This document shows, one piece after another, positions 14,028 through 21,541 of a DNA stretch of 21,541 bases. Where the stretch lies: the IMG/VR virus record IMGVR_UViG_3300030294_000020; one strand, written 5' to 3'. Position numbers and translations under genes: made by a program. The notes below the pieces were generated by a model. That model made no database searches. It was not told the DNA's origin and was given only the letters and a program-made list of their open reading frames with translations. Numbering within the stretch: the stretch's first letter is position 1; each line of letters starts with the position of its first letter. Source of the DNA: an uncultured virus (IMG/VR IMGVR_UViG_3300030294_000020). Taxonomy: Duplodnaviria; Heunggongvirae; Uroviricota; Caudoviricetes.

Positions 14028-17000
14028 GTAGCATCACTCCTTTCCACTTTCTTCTGGAGAATATTAGCAACTTCAACAGCAACCTGTTTAGGATCAGTGC
14101 TTTTGATATTAAATACATTATTGTTGCCTACTCCAGCAATAGGGGCATCATTAGATGATTGAGATGTCTTAGAGTCTACTATAGAATTTGTGCTTGCTTG
14201 AATACTCCTAGAAGTATTATTTGCTAAGTTGACAGACCCTGATATAACAGAACCATCTATACCATTCATCATACTATATAATTGTTTACTACCATTTTGA
14301 ATATTTGATAGATCCATTACAGGTGTAATAGTTGGGTTAGGGTCTATTCCCATGTTAACTATATCTGAGACTCCAGAGATAGCTTTTGACATTGCATTAA
14401 CTGCTCCTTGTCCAAGATTTTTAGCTGAATCTGATACTTTACTTGCATAACTTGTTAGACCTATAACAAATCCTTCACCAGTATATCCACCAATCTTTTT
14501 AAATACTTTAGATGGTGATGCTATTCCTAACATCTTTTTTACACCATCTGGTAATCCAGAAAATACTGATAAAGCCTTTTTCTTTAATTCTCCAGCCATA
14601 CTAGTGATTCCATTTATCATACCTTGTACTACATTTCGACCAAAGTCAGTGAAACCACCAATCATTCCCCCAACTCCATTAATTATTCCTTGTACAACAT
14701 TCCTCCCAGTTTGAGCAACTGATCCAGCCATAGAACTAATACCTCTAATAAGACCATTTATAATGTTAATACCCCAAGAGGCAAAAGTCCCAACAAAACT
14801 GCCGATAGTATTTGCTGCACTAGATACAATGTTCCAGACTGTACCGGATACACTACCGACTAAACTCCAAATACCTCTGATAAGCCCTGTTATGATATTA
14901 ATACCCCAAGAGACAAAAGTCCCAATAAAACTACCAACAGTATTTGCTGCTCCAGATACAATGTTCCAAACTGTACCTGAAACACTGCCAACTAAACTCC
15001 AAATACCTCTAATAAGTCCTGTTATGATATTAACACCACTAGATACAAAGCTACCTATAAAACTACCAACGGCATTAAGTGCTCCATTCGCCATATTCCA
15101 AACGGTTCTAACAACAGTAGCCGATAAGTTAAGAATACCATTGATTAGTCCTTGACAAATAAATTGGCCTATCTCTGCAAAGGCTGTTGAAGGAGAATGT
15201 ATGCCTAAGAAATCTTTAATAGATTTAAGCATTCCTGCACCTAAATCTGCTACTGAAGCAAACAAAGCTGCCATCATACTATCCATACCACTAAGAATAC
15301 CTTTTACAATATTTATACCAACATCTAACAACATATCACTCATACTATTAAGGGCATCAACAATTGCTGTTATTAAGTTAAGACAAGCACTTGTTATAGC
15401 TGGAGTATTGTTTCTAATCGCATCTGCTAATCCATTTACGAATGCTAATATAAAATTCAATGCTGACTCAATTATTCTTGGTAACTGAGCAGCAACAGAA
15501 TCTACAAATGTTATTACAATAGTTACAGCAGCGTCGATTAATTTTGGAATCTGGCCGTTTATGCTATTTAGAAAAGCTAGCATAAACTTTGCAGCTGCTA
15601 GCACAAGTTGTGGCATGTTATTAGTTATTCCATTCATAAAACCTATAACTAATTTCATTCCAGCATCAACCATTGGCAAAATGTATTTGGCTAACTCAAC
15701 TAATAATACTAATAACAACTTTACAGCTGCTTTTACAACTGGATCGATAAGAGCATCGATAACTGCTACTATTCCTGTTGCTATTGCAATAACCGCTCCT
15801 TGTATAGCAGGAATCGCTGCTTCAATCTCTGTGGCTATTGCTATTACTGCAGTACCTATAAGTTTTGCTATCATTGGAATGGTTTTAAGTAGAACAACAA
15901 ATCCTGCAATAAGACCTGCAATAAAGGCACCAAGTGAAACAGTTAAAGCGGCTAATCCAGCAGAGAATAGAATAAGACCTCCTCCTAAAAGAAATGCTCC
16001 TACACCAATAAGTCCGATGGCTGCAGCTAATGTAAATATAATAGGGGCTAATGGAGCTAATACTAATCCGGCCAACCCTAATACTACAAATATTCCAGCT
16101 AAGGCTAATAGAGCAACCCCTATAACTTTGATTGGAAGAAGTCCTAATATAACCATTGCTGGTACTAATACATTAACCGCTATAGCTAATACTAGTAAAG
16201 CTGCTGCTCCTGCTAAAACTCCTGGGTCACTCATTGCTCTGGCTGCTAATGCTAAAATACCTAATGCAACACCTATAGCAATCATACCTTTGGCTAAAAC
16301 TGGTATAGGTATAATAGCATACAAACCAATCGCTCCAGCAAATAATGTTAATGCTACGGACATTAAGGTCATGCCAACACCAACAGCAATCATATGTTCT
16401 GGATTACCAATAACCTTAATGAACACTCCTAGAACCAATAGTGCTGAAACAATACCTTGTATTCCAGCGTCCATAACTTTTGGATCAATTGCACCAAACT
16501 TCTTTACAGCATCACAAAGAATTAATACTGCTAATGCAATACCAACTACTCCTATAATACTTGTTTGTATACCAGCTGCACTAGATGTAAATTTAATAAA
16601 TATTGCAAGAGTTGTTAATATTGCAGCTAACCCTTGCACACCTGTTTTCATTTTCTCATTATCAATTTCACTAAGTTTCTTTACAGCTTCGGCAATAAAC
16701 ATAATTGCTACGCCAAGAGCTATAAGTTTAGTTGGCAATCCTGGAGAGGCAGATGAGGCTTTATCTAATACCATCATGCCTAAAGATAATTCTAAACATA
16801 TTACTGTGAGTGCACTTAAAGCCTTATATAAGGCCTCAGTTGGAATTAATGATAAAGCAACAACTGATAAAGCAAGTATACCTATTGCTATTGCTATTTT
16901 TAATATTGACTCTGCTTTAAGTTTCTTTTGAAATGCTTCAAGTGATCCTGTGACGCCTTCAATTATTTCTGAGAAACCATCAGTTACAGATTTTACTGAG

Positions 17001-19330
17001 CCTATAGCTTTAGTGAATGATTTAGCTAGCATGAATATACCACCACCAGCAAGAGCTATACCTAAATCTGATAATGTTAAACCTTTAATTTTATCAATCA
17101 AGAATGTAATAGCTGGGCCAAATGTTCTTTTTATAGCACCACCAATTTCTTCTAAGACATTCTTAAAACCTTCAATTTTATTTCCTGCACCAGAGAAAGA
17201 TTCTTTTACTTTATCTCCGGTGTTACTTAAAAATACAAATGCTGTACTAAGTTTATCAGATGCTCCTGTAGCTTCATTAAAATTAAGTTTCTGTATACTA
17301 GCTATTAAATTTTTAATACCACCACCAAGATCCATAAACAGCATTTTGATTGTACCTAATACATCTTCAAATAGAGTAGATGTTTGTACAAATGTTTTGA
17401 ATTTATCAATGTATGGTCCTAGGGCATCTTTAATACTATTTACAACATCTTCAAATAGAGTAGATGTTTGTATAAAATGATTTACTGCTTCAATATATGG
17501 TAATAGAGCCATCCAAGCAGCTGTGAATGCATCTTTAACTGAATTTGTTATGTCCTCAATTAAGGTCGAAGTTCTTACAAAGGTCTTTAATTGCTCAATG
17601 TAAGGTATCAAAGCATTTCCGATATTTATAAATACAGATTTAACTTTATCTGTTACATCAGCAATTAAGGTAGATGTTTTTACAAAGTTTTTAAATTGTT
17701 CAATTACTGGTCGTATAACATCTGCTACTGTATTAAAGCCAAGGGCAATTACACTAATAGCTGTTGTTATGATTTTTCTTACAACTCCCATAACTGCACC
17801 GATGCCGGTTAGAGCAATACCAAAGATATTACTTTTCTTAATTGCATTGTCAATCATTGCTAAGAAATAACCAAATCCACCTGTTACGGCATAGACTCCA
17901 TCTGTTACTGGAAGGAATGCTCCTACAACTAAGAATAGAGCTTTTGCAATGAATGTTATGATTTGTACACCAATATCTAATACTGCAAATAAACCTTTAA
18001 ATGTGTTATGTATATTTTCAAGACCAGATTTACTCATAGTAAGACTTGACACAAAGCTTTTTAATCCAGTTGTAATATTAAATAACTGTTTGGATGTAGT
18101 TGCAGGAAATACCTCTCTAAATGCAGAACTAACTGCTTTAACAACATCCATTACATTCGTAAATGCTATTCTAATTGCATCTATTAACGCAGTACGTCCA
18201 CCTAAGGCTTTCCATCCAGTAAGCATTGTATTACGAGCAGTAGCTGAAGCACCTATAATTCCACCAAGAGTATTACTTACACTTGTAAATAACATTTTGG
18301 CTTCATCAAAGTCACCTACTATAGTACCCCAAGTTTGAGCCCAACCAGATCCAACTGCTTCTCTTAAAGTATCTAATAACTGGCTAAATGTTTTAACTTT
18401 AGTAGCTGCTTCATATGCTGTCTGACCCATTTTCATTATAGATACAACTTGTTTATCACTATATCCAAGAGCTTTAAGTTGTTGAGCACTTAGATCACCT
18501 GTGAATTTACTTAGAGTTTCAGTTAATACACTAGTTGTCAACCAACCAGTTTTTAATGTTTCTCTAAAAGAACCTTCTTTTTTTATCATAGCATCAATAT
18601 TGACACCATGAACTTTTGCTGTTTCTTGTAGTGATTTTTGAAATATTTCACCACCCATACCAGCATTAACAACAGAGTTCCAATCCATAAGCTTTACCGT
18701 ACCAGAAGCCATTGCTTGTGATAACTGATACATTGCTGTAGATGCTTGTTCTGAATTAGAACCTGATACAGCTGCTAAATTAGCAATACCTTTAATTGCT
18801 GCTACAGAGGTCTTTAGATCAACTCCAGCTGCTGTAAAAGTACCAATATTTTTAGTCATTTCAGTAAAATTATAAATAGTTTTATCAGAATATGTATTTA
18901 ACTCACCTAATGCTGCATTTACATCTTTAAGTGTTGTACCTTTAGAAGAAGTGTTCGCTAGTACTGTTTGTATAGCGCCCATCTGAGTTTCATATTCCTT
19001 AAAACCATCCATTACTGGGTCAAGGGTTAATGATGAAATAAGATTCTTTCCAGCATTCATAGCAGAGTTTGTGATATTTAAAAGTGCTCCAACAGCTATA
19101 ACTTGTAATGCTGAGAATTTTACTTTTATAGCATCTACACCACTAGCTAATCCATCCATAGAAATATTTTTTGCTGCTGCACCAACACCTTCTAAACCCT
19201 TAGATGCACCTTCTAAATTTAGACCTTTTTTCAAACGATCAAGAGTGCTCATGGTAACTGCAGTCCCTGACTCAAATTGTTTGTTATCAAATTTCATTGA
19301 GACTACTCGTTCATCAATTTCTGTACTCAT
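14018..19330 (-). CDS. Tail tape measure protein (1770 aa)
   Basis: Length; tape-measure domain (ELNTYSDKTIYNF, YQLSQA, LMDWNSVVNAGMGG); hydrophobic Ala/Gly-rich middle; W/F-spaced repeats; GIHSPS/GIASPS motifs. Confidence 0.95.
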   Translation of the reverse strand: MSTEIDERVVSMKFDNKQFESGTAVTMSTLDRLKKGLNLEGASKGLEGVGAAAKNISMDGLASGVDAIKVKFSALQVIAVGALLNITNSAMNAGKNLISSLTLDPVMDGFKEYETQMGAIQTVLANTSSKGTTLKDVNAALGELNTYSDKTIYNFTEMTKNIGTFTAAGVDLKTSVAAIKGIANLAAVSGSNSEQASTAMYQLSQAMASGTVKLMDWNSVVNAGMGGEIFQKSLQETAKVHGVNIDAMIKKEGSFRETLKTGWLTTSVLTETLSKFTGDLSAQQLKALGYSDKQVVSIMKMGQTAYEAATKVKTFSQLLDTLREAVGSGWAQTWGTIVGDFDEAKMLFTSVSNTLGGIIGASATARNTMLTGWKALGGRTALIDAIRIAFTNVMDVVKAVSSAFREVFPATTSKQLFNITTGLKSFVSSLTMSKSGLENIHNTFKGLFAVLDIGVQIITFIAKALFLVVGAFLPVTDGVYAVTGGFGYFLAMIDNAIKKSNIFGIALTGIGAVMGVVRKIITTAISVIALGFNTVADVIRPVIEQFKNFVKTSTLIADVTDKVKSVFINIGNALIPYIEQLKTFVRTSTLIEDITNSVKDAFTAAWMALLPYIEAVNHFIQTSTLFEDVVNSIKDALGPYIDKFKTFVQTSTLFEDVLGTIKMLFMDLGGGIKNLIASIQKLNFNEATGASDKLSTAFVFLSNTGDKVKESFSGAGNKIEGFKNVLEEIGGAIKRTFGPAITFLIDKIKGLTLSDLGIALAGGGIFMLAKSFTKAIGSVKSVTDGFSEIIEGVTGSLEAFQKKLKAESILKIAIAIGILALSVVALSLIPTEALYKALSALTVICLELSLGMMVLDKASSASPGLPTKLIALGVAIMFIAEAVKKLSEIDNEKMKTGVQGLAAILTTLAIFIKFTSSAAGIQTSIIGVVGIALAVLILCDAVKKFGAIDPKVMDAGIQGIVSALLVLGVFIKVIGNPEHMIAVGVGMTLMSVALTLFAGAIGLYAIIPIPVLAKGMIAIGVALGILALAARAMSDPGVLAGAAALLVLAIAVNVLVPAMVILGLLPIKVIGVALLALAGIFVVLGLAGLVLAPLAPIIFTLAAAIGLIGVGAFLLGGGLILFSAGLAALTVSLGAFIAGLIAGFVVLLKTIPMIAKLIGTAVIAIATEIEAAIPAIQGAVIAIATGIVAVIDALIDPVVKAAVKLLLVLLVELAKYILPMVDAGMKLVIGFMNGITNNMPQLVLAAAKFMLAFLNSINGQIPKLIDAAVTIVITFVDSVAAQLPRIIESALNFILAFVNGLADAIRNNTPAITSACLNLITAIVDALNSMSDMLLDVGINIVKGILSGMDSMMAALFASVADLGAGMLKSIKDFLGIHSPSTAFAEIGQFICQGLINGILNLSATVVRTVWNMANGALNAVGSFIGSFVSSGVNIITGLIRGIWSLVGSVSGTVWNIVSGAANTVGSFIGTFVSWGINIITGLIRGIWSLVGSVSGTVWNIVSSAANTIGSFVGTFASWGINIINGLIRGISSMAGSVAQTGRNVVQGIINGVGGMIGGFTDFGRNVVQGMINGITSMAGELKKKALSVFSGLPDGVKKMLGIASPSKVFKKIGGYTGEGFVIGLTSYASKVSDSAKNLGQGAVNAMSKAISGVSDIVNMGIDPNPTITPVMDLSNIQNGSKQLYSMMNGIDGSVISGSVNLANNTSRSIQASTNSIVDSKTSQSSNDAPIAGVGNNNVFNIKSTDPKQVAVEVANILQKKVERSDATWA

Positions 19331-19701
19331 AATTTAGTAACCTCCTTCCATGCTAAGTCTGCAATTTTATCAAATATTGGACGAATAGCAGGGTTAATAT
19401 AATCTCTTCCTGCAACCCATCTACCATTTTTTGTAGCATGACCGTATTGTAATATAACAGCAATCGGTACACCCTCTACTTTGCTAGAATTAAACCATGA
19501 AATAGTAGTTTTACCTCCAGCAGTTATAATTTTATAAGACCAAGAAGATGCTGTTACTCCAGAATCAACTGGGGTATTTCTAGCTAGAGCAGTTACTCCT
19601 TGTTCTCCATATTTACCTAAGTCACTTATACGGAGGCCTTTAGCCTTACTTAAGAACTTACTAGTCTTTGAAAAATCACCTGTTTGTGTAAATGATATCA
19701 T
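19327..19701 (-). CDS. HK97 gp10-like neck/tail-completion protein
   Basis: TPVDSG.TASSW, ILQYGH and DYINPA motifs; SD GGAGGT; ATGA overlap with TMP. Confidence 0.7.
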   Translation of the reverse strand: MISFTQTGDFSKTSKFLSKAKGLRISDLGKYGEQGVTALARNTPVDSGVTASSWSYKIITAGGKTTISWFNSSKVEGVPIAVILQYGHATKNGRWVAGRDYINPAIRPIFDKIADLAWKEVTKL

Positions 19702-19713
19702 ATAAAGACCTCC

Positions 19714-20253
19714 TTATCCTTCACTGTTTAATCTTTTTCTTCGTTCATTATTTAAATTTGTATTTTTACTCATAATTTCTGAATTTGACATAGGTTTAGC
19801 TTTCTCACGCTTTTTATTACATACTGTGATCAATGCTAAAAGTCTATTCAAATGCCATTTCTGATATTCGAAAGGAATACTATATGTAATCATCCAATAA
19901 TAAATTATTTCAGATGTAATTATCTCATTTGATGCTGAACCTTTTATTTTAGTAAACCAGGTTGCAGTCATTGGGTCTTCTATATATGTGCTAACTGTTT
20001 TAATATTTTCATTAGTAATAATACTATAAATTTTATCTGAGACATTCTGAGTAATGGTCATACACCTTATATAATCAAGAGTTTGTTCTATTGTTTTAGG
20101 TTCTTTTGAAAGAAAGGGTTTACGCCATTTTGATTCCCATTTGGAAATAGAGACAAGAGAGTGCTCAATTGTTATTATCTGTCCCTTAGTGTTAATAAAT
20201 TCCATCTTCTCATTATCATACTCTTCGAAATCAGATATAATAAGTTTTAGCAT
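19714..20253 (-). CDS. Conserved tail-region protein, probable second tail assembly chaperone (start revised to MLKLII)
   Basis: SD GGAGG upstream of ATG 20253; position upstream of TMP; EHSLVSISKWESKW and WHLNRLL motifs. Confidence 0.65.
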   Translation of the reverse strand: MLKLIISDFEEYDNEKMEFINTKGQIITIEHSLVSISKWESKWRKPFLSKEPKTIEQTLDYIRCMTITQNVSDKIYSIITNENIKTVSTYIEDPMTATWFTKIKGSASNEIITSEIIYYWMITYSIPFEYQKWHLNRLLALITVCNKKREKAKPMSNSEIMSKNTNLNNERRKRLNSEG

Positions 20254-20274
20254 TTCTTTTGCCTCCATATAAAT

Positions 20275-20673
20275 TTATTTTAAATTAATTTTTTCAGCAT
20301 TGGCTCTTCTTTCCAAAAATGAAGCATATATTAACATACTACTTAATTGGCCTTTTAATATACTATAACTACAAGTTGGTTTAAAAGAAAGAGTTCCTGT
20401 TTTATACTTTTGTAACATTGCTTTAAGCCCGTTTGCTCTAATCTTTACTTGAAAATATTCAGCTTTGAATCGTTCTGCATAATCTGAACTAACCATCATA
20501 TCATAGGTATCCTTTAATTGTTTTGGATTTGATATAGGATCAGTTGATTGCATAGACTCAACTGTTGGTTCAGTGTTATCTACTACTTTTGGCTCTTCTG
20601 TTGATTCTGGGGTATCTATTAGAACACCTTTTGGCTCTTCTGTTGATTCCACATTAATTTTTGGTTCTTTCAT
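20275..20673 (-). CDS. 132-aa protein: low-complexity ESTEEPK N-terminus plus conserved phage domain (crAss001_48-like, from memory)
   Basis: SD GAAAGGTGG; 22-nt direct repeat at 20586-20607 and 20628-20649; MMVSSDYAERFKAEY..L.F.PTC..L..Q...M..Y motif. Confidence 0.7.
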   Translation of the reverse strand: MKEPKINVESTEEPKGVLIDTPESTEEPKVVDNTEPTVESMQSTDPISNPKQLKDTYDMMVSSDYAERFKAEYFQVKIRANGLKAMLQKYKTGTLSFKPTCSYSILKGQLSSMLIYASFLERRANAEKINLK

Positions 20674-20693
20674 TGTATTGCCACCTTTCTAAT

Positions 20694-20960
20694 TTATTTT
20701 ACTACTACATTTTTACATTTCTTATAAGCATCAAGATATCCTTCATTTTTATCACCATTCCAGGTAAACTCATAATACATACCATCAGAAACAGTAGTAC
20801 TAAGCATTGCTTTATTATTCTGCAAAGTCTTGCACTGCCAAACAACATAAACGTCATCTGAAGTTATGCTTACATTATCAGTCTTTTCAGCTTCTTCATT
20901 AAAATACTTAGCTATTGCGACTTTTGCTTTATCGATAAATGTTTGTTGTATTTTGCTCAT
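20694..20960 (-). CDS. 88-aa phage protein (DUF6275-like, from memory)
   Basis: SD AAAGGAG; VYVVWQCKTLQN.KA.LST...DGMYYE.T.NGDK.E.YLDAYKK motif. Confidence 0.75.
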   Translation of the reverse strand: MSKIQQTFIDKAKVAIAKYFNEEAEKTDNVSITSDDVYVVWQCKTLQNNKAMLSTTVSDGMYYEFTWNGDKNEGYLDAYKKCKNVVVK

Positions 20961-20999
20961 ATTATTTTCTCCTTTCTAATTTAATAATAAATAATTCAG

Positions 21000-21029
21000 A
21001 GTAAAAGGTCTCCCTCAAAGAGGCCCTCT
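21000..21029 (-). terminator. Possible intrinsic terminator after the tail chaperone
   Basis: AGAGGGCCUC-UUUGAGG-GAGACCUUUU imperfect GC-rich hairpin just after the stop at 21036. Confidence 0.45.
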
Positions 21030-21035
21030 ATAATA

Positions 21036-21428
21036 TTACTTTCCTTCTGGGATAGAGGTTGGTTGCTTTTCAGCTTGTGGAACTATTCCATTAACAAAAG
21101 CTGCTGATAACACAGAGTCAGTAGATAATTCCATAAACAAATTAGAAAATGCTTCTGTTTGAGAAAAGCCCTCAACTAATTCTTTGTTCTTGATAAATCT
21201 TTTACCATCAGCAGATTTTTCACCATAAGACTTAAGAACAAGGTCTTTAAATATTTTTATAATTGATGGCATATCTTGTGTTGCAACAAGTTTTTCTAGC
21301 ATAGCACTTAATCCGCCATTAGTAGACATTTCCATTTCCATTACTTCAGCCTTTGAAAGATTAAAGTAAAAATCCTCCGTTCTTTCAGCACCGTTATAAT
21401 CGATATAAGTTATCTTTTTCTTTAACAT
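21036..21428 (-). CDS. Tail assembly chaperone
   Basis: 130 aa; SD GAAAGGAG; position in the tail module; YIDYNG.ERTEDFYFNLSKAE and SYGEKSADGKRF motifs. Confidence 0.75.
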   Translation of the reverse strand: MLKKKITYIDYNGAERTEDFYFNLSKAEVMEMEMSTNGGLSAMLEKLVATQDMPSIIKIFKDLVLKSYGEKSADGKRFIKNKELVEGFSQTEAFSNLFMELSTDSVLSAAFVNGIVPQAEKQPTSIPEGK

Positions 21429-21466
21429 GTTAATAATCTCCTTTCAAGAGAAATTTTCAAATTTAA

Positions 21467-21510
21467 TTAAAGGACTCAGCTACTACAGTCAAATAGGTTG
21501 AGCCCTTTAA
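21467..21510 (-). terminator. Hairpin/terminator, probably after the upstream (out-of-window) major tail gene
   Basis: UUAAAGGGCUCA...UGAGUCCUUUAA 12-bp stem followed by an AU-rich tail. Confidence 0.6.
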
Positions 21511-21541
21511 AGTAAGCTAATACATTAATTACTACATATAG

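Noticed and set aside
8195..20861. Plus-strand ORFs opposite the structural genes, including the 456-aa 15561..16931
   Set aside because: Antisense to Tal, TMP and neighbours, with Ala/Ile/Pro/Asn/Thr composition mirroring the sense codons and no recognisable domains.
21036..21070. Programmed -1 frameshift at the end of the tail chaperone
   Set aside because: No clear XXXYYYZ slippery site seen, and a hairpin plus two unrelated genes separate it from the next chaperone-like ORF.

Overview
AT-rich tailed-phage (siphovirus-like) DNA. Firmicute-type Shine-Dalgarno (SD) sites and a clostridial-type amidase suggest a Bacillota host. All credible genes are on the minus strand. From the right end the order is: tail assembly chaperone, two inserted small genes, a second chaperone-like gene, an HK97-gp10-like gene, tape measure protein (1770 aa), distal tail protein, a large Tal/tail-fibre protein with internal repeats, two small genes, then a lysis module (membrane coiled-coil protein, Amidase_3 endolysin, two different holin-like genes). 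The left ~5.7 kb is the unusual part: a head-to-tail array of ~20 self-contained expression units. Each unit has a 27-bp indel-free promoter-like motif (CGCRY-N4-AACAY-N4-TWTAAT-GAA, 19 copies), an SD, one short ORF and a conserved hairpin terminator (AGC-TTAG-GCTTTTTCTTT, 16 copies) that often contains the ORF's own stop codon. The array holds 18 short ORFs (one frameshifted, two paralog pairs, a double-HTH, a Zn-ribbon, an acidic peptide, six membrane proteins), one ORF-less structured-RNA unit and one 'empty' unit. It probably continues past the left edge. No integrase, reverse transcriptase or polymerase is in the window. All family assignments come from motif recognition by eye, not database searches.
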